A stretch of DNA of 52,685 bases, the filler included, from Sphacelaria rigidula (lineage: Eukaryota): the NCBI GenBank assembly GCA_964200075.2. It is 2 parts of 2 records of this genome, joined end to end, with 100 filler letters (N's around TTAATTAATTAA, not from the genome) between each part and the next. Parts side by side here need not be neighbours in the genome. Positions count along the whole stretch, not along the records: positions 1 to 26,300 come from CAXNAA020000141.1; 1 more part is not named here. One strand, 5' to 3'. Shown in pieces: positions 1 through 12,700 of this stretch. Position 1 is the first letter of the stretch; the number at the start of each line of letters is the position of its first letter. The position numbers and the translations under genes are program-made. The notes below the pieces were generated by a model that was given only the letters and a program-made list of their open reading frames with translations, was not told the DNA's origin and made no database searches.

Positions 1-249
1 GGACACGATCCCGGGGAGCGGTTGATTCTCATTTCAAAATACGTTCTCATTTTTCTGGCAACCCTGTTAGTACCGGGATGAAATTCGCACAGTGATTGCA
101 GAACTTATCAGGTAGGTGTAGGAGGCTTACAAAGAACCCAGACCTTGTCGGGTCATGAAAGAAGATTGCATAGAAAATTGAACACGCACCCGGATATGTG
201 TACAAGGGTATAGGGGTAAACCTTGTGTACAGAAAATACAGAATTGTCG

Positions 250-420
250 GGTAAGGGTACATGGGGGTTACGACAGTCACGGAACTATCGTGGACCGGTA
301 GGAGATTCTTCTACAAGTCACAGAACTATCGAGTGGGATTAGGAAAGCGTTACTGAAGTCACAGATCTATCGAGTAGGGGTATGCGAGTGTTACTGAAGT
401 GATAGAGCTATCGAGTAGGG
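250..420. repeat. Degenerate ~41-bp tandem repeat
   Basis: The unit gaagtcacagaactatcgagt(a/g)gg recurs at about 275, 315, 356 and 396. Confidence 0.65.
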
Positions 421-685
421 CAATGAAAGTCTTGTAGAATTCACGGCAAATATTGGGTAGGCTGAACACTGCTTCCAGCGCCGGGCCTCGTTTATCTGCA
501 ATATTTTGGCTGATAGTCTCGCGGGATACTGTAGGTGCAACCATGTACTATACCAAAAAAGTTGTGACAAGCGTGTAGTACAGACAACTGTATCGTCTGT
601 ATACAGTAGGACGTGAAAAATATTCGAACAATGCCTATACTATCTGCATACAGTAGGATGTAAAGAGGACTTTACCAATGTGCAG

Positions 686-836
686 TACACCGCAGAAGGA
701 AGGAGGAGTATTAAAAACAGGAAAACAATATACTCTTGTGTTATCCTTCCTCCTGCGTGACCCCGGCTGGTGCGCCCACATAGACCGAAAAGTGGACACC
801 GGCGTCCAGGATAGATGGGACGGCAAAACACAAAAC
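686..836 (+). mobile_element. SINE family A, 5'-truncated copy
   Basis: Matches the 3' half of the full copy at 36343-36731 (caccgcagaaggaagg...gtgaccccggc...gcgtccag...atagatgggacggcaaaacac). Confidence 0.75.
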
Positions 837-3485
837 GCACAGTACAGGCAGGACAGTACTGTCGGTGCTATCCGCATACGGTAGGGTGTGAGAACGGATT
901 CGAAAATCACCCATCAATAGTAGCCCTAACATTTCAGGAAACGGAACGCTGAACACGGGAAGGACATAGGGGAAGAAAATCAAAGAGAGGAAATGAGGGA
1001 TGATACAGTAAAATGGAGAACGTACTATTTGAGTTGTCGACCCTGAGAGTGGATTGTATCGTTTGTTATATTTGCTTGCGGTGTGCTTCTAGCACCAGGA
1101 TGGAGAAATGCTGCGGACGTGGAAAGGTGCAGACCTTTTCCATAGTTAGTGCATGTCTGTTCGCATTTACGCTGTGCTTTGCATAGCTGCCTGCCATCGC
1201 GGAAAGGTCATACTTCGAGAAGCATAAATATTCCATTTTCACAAGAGGAGTATAGTGGAGGATCAGAGCGTAGCGGGATCTGAGGGTTGTGGATCGGGAC
1301 GAATTTTTACAATATGCAACTTTTAGCCAACCGGATTGCAGTCAAATACGAATCTATTATGCATAAACGGGTTTACTTCATTGTTCCGGTCGACGGAGGA
1401 AAGAACAAAACAGTTCTCACTTGGCTGTAATGATAATTTAGATAGAACCTACCACGGTTCGCACGAATCATTGCCGGTTTGAATAAGCAAATCCACGACT
1501 TCTTAGGCCTGATTGCTCAACAGAGAGAAAAAATTCGACTGCTGGTCAAACAGGTCTCCACGCAACTTTTAAGTCGTTCCACGTGCCTGGGCTACGCGTA
1601 CCTGGCTTGCAACGCTGGAAACAAAGCCTAAGAATTGATTCGTACGGTACGAATCAATTATACTAAAATCAAGTGATTTCTAGACGAATCATCAATTCGT
1701 CCGACCCTTGGAACCTACAGACAGTGCAGTACAGTACAGACAGTACAGTACACCACCGGCTTCTCCTTGGTGGTGTTCGTAATGGGCACACAGTACGGTG
1801 GGAGAGCACACTCACCATACAACACGAACACTTGGCTGTGGGCTTAGAGGAGGGAAGCCAGGAGAGAGAGAGGAAGGGAGAGACAGTAACACACAGCAGG
1901 ACACACAGCAGCAGCAACAACAGCAGCAGCAGACCCCACACCCCTTGCCTTGGGTTGCCGACGCCAAATATGCACCAGAGGGAAGGCACCCCCAGTACAC
2001 ACTACACGAACTCTTGGCTGTAGACTGAGAAGAGGCGAGACAGGAATGACAGGAGAGAGACCAGCAAAGACAGCGATGACAACAGTAGATGCGAACTCCT
2101 TGTGGATTTGACTACAGCCAGGCTCACATTTTTGTCGCTCGTCCTTAGGTCGATTTTCTGGTCGGTGCATCCTTGTCATCTGACCTATCCGCTCTCCGGG
2201 CAAAACTTCACGACGTGACACCCCGATTTGAGTTCCCTCGTCGTAGGGTTGGTAGCGAAGAGTGAACGTCTCTACCGCCCTCGTACTCTTCGATGAGGGG
2301 AACCCGTACGCTCGCTGTTTGTCGACATGGAAACTGAAATTCGGAGAGACGGTTGCTGCGTGTGATGCCTCCAACCTCCAAAAGTTCATCAGTTGAGGTT
2401 GCAACAGTCAAGTCTGAGAAGTTCAATCAAGACTCGCTCTGCTCGAAAGGGATCGGATTAAGGGTATTCTCGAGTGTGCCCAGAGACAGAAGCAAAAAAC
2501 AACGCCATGAGCATCAATGAAGCCAAATCTTGTTGAGGGCGTCTCGGTTGAGGTGTAAGAGCGATGGGATGGTGTTTTCGCGCAGCGCGGCTTCGAATCA
2601 ATCCGGGGGAAAAAGTGCGTGGTTCAGAGCTTCGTAATGGTGTCCGAACGGATAGGATAGCTCTTTTTTTGAATCTAGGATCAGTGGAAGCCTTTTCAGC
2701 CCTGAGGGCCTCAAAGGAAAAAAAAAATCGACTGCCGACAGTTGCGTGATGATCCAAAGAATGTGCAGACATTTAGCGTCTAAATCCTCAAAACAGCGCG
2801 AGGTTTTGCCGATGAGCATGAACCAGCTCGTACGTGTTTAAGAAGTAGCTTGGAATCGATCTACTGTGCGTGGAGGCGGAAACCGCCGAAACTACTATTC
2901 AAAGGCAAGTGCCTTTTGTGTGAAGGGCAGTAGATGGTTGCCAAGAACCTCAAGAACCTGTTTGCCCCTTGCACCCGAACTCAAGCACACAGCCCAACCA
3001 CCGGCTACCATGTGTTTCATACATCATCATTGATAAAACTGCTGACTGCCCTAGGTCAATTGATTCTTTGGTCATCAGAGTGGGTCATCTGTTCTTCTGT
3101 ACGCATCCTCTTGCACATGCCCATACGTACATACGTGCTCTGGAATTGTCACGTGCCGCGGCAACGTTCCGCACACAGTGTGAAACAAAGAAGGCTTTCC
3201 ACTCGAGGTTACACACCAAATGACAACGGTCACGCGGGGATCTGTGAAAATCCTCACCTATACAACAAACACCGCACGCGAGGCCCCACGGCTAACACCA
3301 CCACAAAACACGCAATTATGTAAATATCGGCAGCGTTTTCTACTCTAAAGTTATCGCATCTGTTGCGGCTCGTCTGCTACAATGCCGGGAGAAAGTCACC
3401 CACACTGTGCTAGGTTCACAGCCTACATCACAATTATTTATGGTCAACACGTGACAACCACTGCCGTGTGCTACATTTCGTCTAA

Positions 3486-3597
3486 GGGCCCCTTATAACG
3501 GGTTTCATTTCTGTACTCTTCACACATTTTCATCCATTTTCATCCAGATCTCATCATGAAATCTATGAAAATGGATTAACCCCGTTAATAACGGCCC
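3486..3597. mobile_element. PIF/Harbinger (Tourist-like) MITE, 112 bp
   Basis: Imperfect TIRs GGGCCCCTTATAACGGG / CCCGTTAATAACGGCCC, flanked by a TAA target-site duplication (3483-3485 and 3598-3600). Confidence 0.7.
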
Positions 3598-4056
3598 TAA
3601 GCCTATGATTTTTCATTTTCCCCATGTCTTTCGCGCGCGAATAACGTGAAAATACTCCCAATCAGCAACAATAACAACAACACGCCGAGCCGTTTACGTG
3701 TCCAATCGCAGCATGACCTATTTCTTTATATCTTGTCTTGTAAACGTGTCCAGCCTTCATCTTACTTGCAACAAAATGTAAGTGAGGATGTACTCATCAT
3801 CCATGCCATAGCCATAAGGCCATTGACCTCGCAAACGTGAGCGAGGGGGGGTATATTGTATCAAATCACAACTCATATCTTGATCTGAGACTTTGATATC
3901 AGCAAAAATGGCGGCATATACAAGAAAATAAGCCTTTGCACAGCCTCGATTTCCGAATTCCGATCAAGTACTGCCAGCGGAAGCATGGCACGTGGTGAAT
4001 ATTCACTGCAGAATGCCATGCGTCTGGGGTTGACTGGTTCAAAAGCCTTCATGGGT

Positions 4057-7000
4057 TCAATCCCTGCGCCATATCGTTGCCTCGGCGGAAGAGTACTCGA
4101 AGATACGGTCAGCCAGGGGTCGCACACAAGGCACTATCCCCTTGTGGATAAGCGCGAAGTCCTCGCCCAGGCCTCGCGACAAGCCCAGTACGGAAGACAC
4201 CTGCAAATGGATATATCCCGCGGTCGTGACATTGTCCACCAGCAACAACACGGAAATGGCTGCATTACAACCGGCAGATTTTGAAGCGTATGGAAATGGT
4301 TCTGCCTCAATCCACAACGACAAAGAAATGAACATTCGAGTTTTAGTCAAAGCTCATGATGCTGCCATCACTAAACTCAAGTCAGAAACATTGTACTGCA
4401 AATAATGTGAAACTTCATCCGATCACGGTGAGTACGGGGTGAACGGGATGTATCGCCTTCCATATCTTTACACGAGTATGGGTCCACCCTACGGAAGTGC
4501 GAGGGAACCCACGTTGTCTCCGTTTTCGTCGTCGAATCCTCCAAGCCAGGACCCCCGCGGCGTAACCCTGTCATTCCAGTCGTACGCCGAAACAATCACG
4601 ACAAGTCCTCCTTCTCGTCGAACCAATCCTCTGGCGCCACCCATGCGACCCAAGAGCGAGTTCGGCCCGGGTATGGCATCTATGACACTATGGATTAGAA
4701 CACCGTCCACACCTGGAATGTTTCACAGTGTTGTTAACGTGAGTTATAAAGGGCTTATGTGATGAGAGCGGTACTAGCGTTGTTTCAGCTGCACAAAAAG
4801 CTAAGAAATAGCCGACGACCGCCGTCATAAAATACGTTTGTGTTCAAGGCGCGGCTGCCCCGTTCCTTGCAGTCGCCCGTCAACGACATGGCGCTCAACA
4901 AGGCGACCACGTCAAAAACCCCACCCAAGGGTACTGGAATCGAACTCACCGGCCAAACTTGCGGGAAGACACATGGGATCGCATTGGCGAAACGAGATCC
5001 GGGAAGGATTGGCATCTGCATCTATGGACACCTTGTGTTCAATTGCAGTCCCCCTGATCGACGGGCTTTTCACCTCCACTGCCATCCCCCGCGCCAGCGT
5101 CGATGCGGCGTCTATGAGAGCTTTGCTCGAGTCAAGCGCCACTACGTTCCCTGCAAGGACGTTTCACTCCAAAACGTTATATAAGAAAGAGACATGGCGA
5201 AAGGTACACTCACGCCGTACGATTCCGATCAGACCCGCGACCTGTGACGTTTGCGCTGAGACGCTGGGACGGTTGGAAGGTTGGGGAGCAAACTGTGGGT
5301 TGCAAAGTGATGCTGTTCTCCCGAACGAAGGCGATCAGGACTGCAATTCGACATGAATATGTTCGTGAGATGTACTGACCTACGCTTTTCGAGAGCTCGA
5401 ACGAACCCCCGCCTGCGCCGCATCCCACTTCAACTACTTCAAAATCGCCCCTGTTGTTCGGCGAGGAGGCTTCGAGGGCACGTACTAAGAGCTGGGCACA
5501 TCTGATTTGCAGGCAACGAATCAGAGCAAGACCCAAGTTTTGACGGAGAGACAGGCACAGCATGCAGAATAGTATATGTGGGTGCTCAGACACTATTTTC
5601 TTCCACACCTCACACAGTTATATCTGAACCCAACAAAACCCAATCCAGGAGCTGACACTTTCTACGATAGCCCCCCCCCCCCCAGAAAGTGCCTGGTTTG
5701 GGGAGGCAAAATCTTCACGTAAATCGAATTGGAAAAAGCCGAGCATAACGAGCAGCTGGGACTTCCCACGCTTGGATTTTTTCTCGCCAATGTCGTCCAT
5801 ATGAGGTGCTTCATGCCGCCTGAACCCAAACACGAGGCGCTGTGTGAACATTTTTTGCGTGACACTTTTGGGCTGATTTCTTGGGGGAGGGGCTATCGTA
5901 GCAAGTTTCGGCTAGCATCTTATTATGACGACGTAGACAAAACAGGATTTACAACTTGCCAAGTCCGAGCACAAGAGTTGCGACCTCAGGGAGAAGTGAA
6001 GACACACCTTTGTGGGTACCGCAGCCCTTCACTAACAATGGGGTCCTCGTGTGCTATGTCAGGCACGGCAAAGTGCAACGCCATGTTGTCGGCGAAGGCT
6101 GATTCGGCCTCTCGAGCGCTCTTCCCCTCTGCCGTATCCAATCTCCCGGCACTCGAAGTACGGAAAGGGTAGCTGCCCACATATGGTGGGGGCGCATCTG
6201 CACATGTACAACGAGGCACGAGAGTCACGTGAAGATCGCATCACACTATTTATTTTTCATCTCACTTCAAGTCCCTTCCCTGCCTCGGGACGAGTCCGTG
6301 GTCTCAAGGGATCGACCCATGTCTCCCAGGTACACGCCGTGCAATTTGACATCACGGATTGGGTCATGACTATCAGCATATCCACACCACGTCGACTCTC
6401 GGCAAATAATCTTTTTCCTACACACGCTCTCACGCTTTCAACGGCGGAAATCAGACGCTTTTAAGAAAAACATCACAGTGATACTAATACACTATCTGTC
6501 GAGGATCGAACCCGATTTGTTTTCAACCTAATGGCTCTTACACTGTCCGCTTCTTAATGCGGACCGACACCTATAACTCCATGTGTATATATATTTGTAT
6601 ACAAGTCTATATCTCAGCAACATGAGAACGTGAGCGCTTGAAAAATAAAAATCACACAAGAATAGTATATTTCCGTGAGATTGAGAGTCTAGGATACGAT
6701 TGAGAGTGAGAAGCGGTCAGTTTATGAATGAATCAATTTCAGTTCCGAAATGCACCCGCGGGCCTTTGACGAGGCCCGATACGCTTCCTGTAGTAGCTTG
6801 GCACTGAAGCCATTAATATATCCAAGTAGAATATCGACGTGTAGCTGTAAGTACACGACAGTGTTACAGGCAAAGATAAGCATACGCAACATGAAAAATT
6901 GGTCAACTTAGAGCAAATAATAAAAGCCATTCTCAATCAACACCAGACTCTCACACTCACCAAAACATTCTTAAATGTGGTTCACACGCTCCCAACGGTA

Positions 7001-9672
7001 AGGGTATAGTGGCGTAGTCGGTAAACCCTGAAATTTCTCAACTATCCACGGTAGTACAGCAGATGCTATCGTAAAGAATATGACAAAAACTCGACGGTCG
7101 CGCCCGTCGGATTTAGGTGTCCCACACAACGTACCTGTGCATGACGTTATCAAGTGTTCCGCCTCTTCTCGCTGCACTGGCGCGACCAATCTGAACCCAG
7201 CGTGCTGATGGAAATGGGGACGGAAGTGATACCGAGCGAATTTGCTGCCCAAGTTTCCACAACTTGCGAAACTCCCTCCCATGATTACGTGGTGCTCGCC
7301 GTCGAAGCAAGGCGTAGAGAAATCCTCATAGAGCTTGGAGATGTTGAATCCGTCGAGCGCACTGAAGTAGTCCTCGCACCTGCAGTAAAAACAGCGGGGA
7401 GCGTAGAAAACCAACGAGGCTCAGCGTAAGTGGACAGGTCGTGTATGTACATTCTCACGCGCCGGTAATGGTTGCCGTGCATACTGTAGAAAATTAGATA
7501 CAAACATTGCGGTCAAACTCGAGGTGGGAAAGAAAATACCAGCAAGTGGAAGAGACGAGAACATATTGATTAAACCTTGGTCTCAGGCAGACAGGCTGAC
7601 GGCAACAACTATTCAGCCGCTCACGCGGCACCAACAGTCTGAGTGAGTCCCGCCCACGGGAACTTAGACCTTGAACAGGCTGACAGCACCAACGGTTATG
7701 AGATCTCCCACAGTGCCAACTCTACGGTCCGGACAAGAGGGTCTATACCACCGACCGATTATTGTGTTCGGTCCATGCCAGCAACGCGATACGCAAATAA
7801 CTGCTCGAAGGTGCCGTCAGTAAAGCGCACCTTATTCGCATCATTACGGCAGCGCACGCACGGGTACGCACGGCTTAGACTCTGTCTAAAACTCGGTACA
7901 GGAAGAAGATATAAACTCGAAGCCGACTGACATGAGCGGGGGTAGAGCTCACACGATTGACTACACCCTCAATTACAATGATCACATTCCACTTTATCCC
8001 ACCGGCCCGCACGTTACATTGCAGCTCCAAAATACGAACTTGTGTATGCAGGTACGTCCACATGCATGTAGAAAAAGTATGTGACATCTTTGACATCGTT
8101 TTCCAATTTAGGAATCAGCACATCGACGGAGGAGGCAGCAACCGGGTCCGAAAAGACTGTTCGAGACCGACCACTCATCAACCGCCCACGAAAGCTGCGC
8201 ATAATCAAGCGCCACTATAACAAAGGGGTCGAACGCGCAAAAGATACAAAGATACCAGCTACGCTCATAACGGAGGTCTTTGTCGGCACACTGCTGTAGA
8301 TCATGAGATGGCAATCGTTTTTATCAAAACTCAGCCATACGTTATACACTGCAAAACACACAGTCCGCAGCTTTGCATACTTTTCAACGACTTGCTCACC
8401 ATTCCCACGCATTGCCCATGAGGTCGTGGAAACCCAATGGGTTGGGAGGAAAGGCACCCACTGGCGACTCAGAGCTAAAGGATAGACCCGTGTTGGACAC
8501 GCGACCGACCGATGATGCCGACAGTATGGGATCAGCAGCCTGCATCAACATATCAGCACATCAACAGACAGTGTGGGGAATCGTGCGGGAACGAAGCGTC
8601 CGACTTGACGGAGAAAAACACACAACGTCCGTTCTTGGGGTGGTCAGACGACAGCCACTTCACTTCGTCACTGGGTGTAGCTACCTGTGGCACATGCTTT
8701 CTGCACCGAGTCAAAAGGGGTAAGAACAGGGAGGGAACTGGTCACCTGGGGATTCTCGAGGGACGGTTGCTCGCTTCGCACACCTCGCATCAGGTGATGC
8801 TCCAGTTCCGTTGATATGCGGTAAGCCTTGCCCTCGTCGCCCAGTGCCTGAAAGCGAGAGCGTTTGCGTTCCAGACAGCACGTCTTCACTACACAAGCTA
8901 TATAACACTAGTACGCTAATGGTTGAAAAGTGTAATGAGAGCCAGCGAAACACCGCGGAGCTGCACCGTCGGTGTAGAGGGTACACAAGCAAGCCACGAG
9001 CAGAGATCCCGTGCCTGTGCAAGGCCCATTATTATCGAAACTGTTCCTTTCGGAGATCTCAGAGATTTCCAGACTGTTCTGAAGACGAAGCGGCTTGATT
9101 TATGTTCCGAAGAGTCATTTCTGGAGAAATCCGGAAATTTGTCTCTCCTACGCAGCACGTCGGCTATCTACTCCTCGTGTATGCCGTGGCGCTCGCAAGC
9201 GTTCGAGAGTCATCGGGTACCTTGCCAATCCCGAGAAATTCGGACATCTCCGAGAAAATAGTGTCAATACTAATGGGCCCAAGGAAACTACACCACGGCG
9301 GGTGTACAAGCTTCCCATTGAGAACCGGTATTACCTGCTCGTCGTTGAATGTCTTCCACTTCGCGAACGCCTTCGCTTCATGGTAATTTACTAGGACCGG
9401 CCAACTCTTGGGCAGAGCTACCTCCTCGAACACGGTGCGGAGCCGGTACTCATGCAAGCCTGTCGGGCCCTGCGATAAGTCAATGATTCGTCGTATTAAT
9501 TGATTGGGTTGATCTCTGATTGATTGTTGCACTTTAACTGCCCCCCCAGGGATCCAGCCGTGGTCGCATGATAGACGTACCCAAGAAAAGCAAAACTGAA
9601 ACACTTGCTGAAGAAAAGAAGGAACAAGAAAAAGTCGAACAGAACATAGAAGACGAAGACGCAATAATAGTA

Positions 9673-9743
<71 letters not shown>

Positions 9744-12700
9744 GTCAACAAAAGCAAAGCACAGAAAGAAATGACCCACCTAGAACAAAAAAAGAAGATA
9801 AGAGGAAAGAAAAGAGCAAAAAAATGGAATAAAACAATCAAGAGAAGGGAAAAGCCCAAGGGATTCAGGGCAACAGAGTAGAGATACAGACACACACCAG
9901 TGGGCACCGCAGAGCCACCGACTGAGGGCATGATCAACAACTGATATGAGTAGACAGGATTCTTCGATTGGCCGCCCTCGACGCAGCAGCCTCTCGTTTG
10001 TGGCGCATGTTCAGTGGCATTCGAAGGTGTATGCGTGAGAACAATCTGGCGAGGCGTCATGATGCAGTAAAGTAGTTCCCTGTTTAAGTGAGGCTGTCAG
10101 AGAGAACCAAACACAAACATTAGGGAAAAATACAGCAAAGCAGCTAAGTAAGTCATACCACAACCCTGTCGATATTAAGCTTTAGAAAGGTCCCAACCTG
10201 TAAGCAGCTGGGTGCTGACTACCCAAGGGATTTTACGAATTCGCAGTGCAGCACGGCCGGGTACGTCTTCTGACCAAGGGGGGGATGCATGCCTTGCCAC
10301 TCAAGAACGCACCGCGCGCCGGTCAAATTTTCCGAAACATTAGGAAGCTTGGCAATGTACATCACCATTCCTCCTCGAGGAACATGCCGGTCGTGACTCC
10401 CCTCCCCAGGTACAAGTGAATGATCTGGCAATTTGGCAATCCCTAAAGCTCACCTCGGGCACCCAAAAATGTGGGCACTTAACGTTTCGGAACATTTTCC
10501 ATCCCCATCCTGACTCCGTCCACAGCTCCCGTCTTGCGTACCCAGCATCTTTAACAAACTCGGCGAACTCGCCGTTCGACACCATGTGCTTGCCAGCTTC
10601 GAATGCAGGCACGGAGAACGTGCGTGATCCGTATTCATTGTCCCAGCCGAAGCTGTCACGTGTTTGCACAACCATGGTGAGGGTGGGCATTTCGAAATGT
10701 TCGGCTTGTCAGATATTAGCACGCAAGACTTTTTTGCCTGCTAGCGTTAATTCGCCACTGCACCCATCAGCATGACCCTTGCAACGAAAGCACTTGTTAC
10801 ACTTCATCAACGTCAACTTTCACGAAGGACAAAGAGTGACACGCATAAGTCACGCAACAATCAGACACGTCGGTCAGCGAATGCATCAGCGATCGACCCA
10901 GTAGGGTCAACGAAGAACCCGGCCATCCTGAGTAAACATGAAGGGGGACGAAGGCTGGACTGAACACAAGATATATGACGGCGAATGGCATGTTTTACCA
11001 TCGTGACAGCTTCCCGCGGAGAGACGCACATACCTCGGAAAGTCTCTGGGTTTCCCGAGCGTGACTGACCCCGCCTCCACGTGCAGCAAGCTCTCATCGC
11101 AACAGTCAGGACTGCTGGTACTCACGGGATGGGTTTTAGGCCACGTGGCAGGATGGCTGACGTACTCAAGAGGCAACTCGCGAATGAGGACGCTGCCAGC
11201 CAGGAACCGTTCGAGAGAAATTGGAAAACAGAATTCAGAATGTTACACCCTTTACCCACAGTTAACAAAACGGTGGGCGCTAGCAACTACGTCAGGAGTA
11301 CATATCGCATCGTCTACTTTCACATGACCCCACAGAAATCAAGTTTTCAGGAGCACGCCCCATCTGCTCAACACGCACGTCCATGCACATTTCTTTCGGT
11401 GCTGGATCAGGCCCTGAGGTATACTGATCACGTTGAACAACATAATATCGGAGGCAAAGATGCACCGCAAGAGGATGTATTAAACAAAGTGGCGGTCATC
11501 ACAAGGGTAGCACAAGGGCAAATGCTGAAGCCTGCATGGCAAAACACGGGTGTGAAAGGCGCAGTGGGTATATCTGTACAGCAGCATGAACACGAGGAAA
11601 GTCGGCAGGCGTACCGATTTTCACGTTACACGTCCGGGGCTACCAACTCCGCGCAAAACACCGAGCAGATCGTCAGCCAGTTAAAAATCCCTCCTCGCCC
11701 CCGCCCCTCTACCATTGGGAGCAGCTAATTGGCAAGAACCACTGCAATACCTTGAAGTCTCGATATGGATGCGCTCATGCTCGAAGGACATCGGGAGAGC
11801 CCAGTACGGGCTATCGACGGTGATGTGTGAGAGAGCGTCTTCAGGGGCGGAAGCGATGACCTTCGACACTAGGTTGTAAACGTCGGAGCGGTAGGCATGC
11901 ACCTCCTCCACAGAGGGCCACGACATCTGAACAAAAAATGCGCAATCGGGATGCCACGTACTTCGCTATCAACATCAGATGCAACGAAACAGGTCTGGGC
12001 CTAGCTTGGGAAAGCGCCGCGTACAAAATGCCATACGCTTATCGGATCAAAAGACCCAGACAGCTTTTGAAAATGTGCCTTGCGTGACGATATCGTAGAA
12101 ACAGACCATCTTGCAGATATCATCGACCCGACTTCGCACGGCATTTTCCGGACTTGTTATTCTGTCGTACTCTTGCATGTTCATGCGATGCCAACAGGTG
12201 AAACTCTGCGACTTCTGACATTCCACCACACCGATTGACTTGATCCGCAACATGTACTCGTAACTTTTGCATGTCACAGAGACAGGCGGGAGTACACCTC
12301 ATCTCAGTGCAGTGCTCATCTGTCATGCGCAGGCTTGTCAACGAGCATTTCTTCAGATCAACAGTTGAACACAAAAATCGACGCAATTTCCCAAGTATTC
12401 GTCGGTGTATCGGACACCCCTCGATACCTACAGACTGTACGCAAATTGTCGACGCACTGAAGAGCAGGTTATCCTTCCGAGCAAAACAGTCACCTGACGA
12501 GTGCATATACACGGCCGCTACTATTTACTTCAATCGAGTGTGGTTGCGAGCCACAAATGGAAAAAAACAAACTCAGCAGGCAAATAAGCTTACATTGCCA
12601 TCTCCCACATCGTCCCAGGTCATCTCGTCCACACCCGTCTCTAGTAACGCCTCGAAGTACGCGTTCAGCGGACCCTGGGGTCGGAAACGACGCACACACA

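Noticed and set aside
250-420. CRISPR-like repeat/spacer pattern
   Set aside because: The units are degenerate with related intervening sequence, the context is eukaryotic and there are no cas genes; it is a minisatellite.
9164-10060. 298-aa ORF with poly-Leu
   Set aside because: Only 9335-9469 is an ovoA exon; the poly-Leu/Ile tracts come from the (AAT)n microsatellite.
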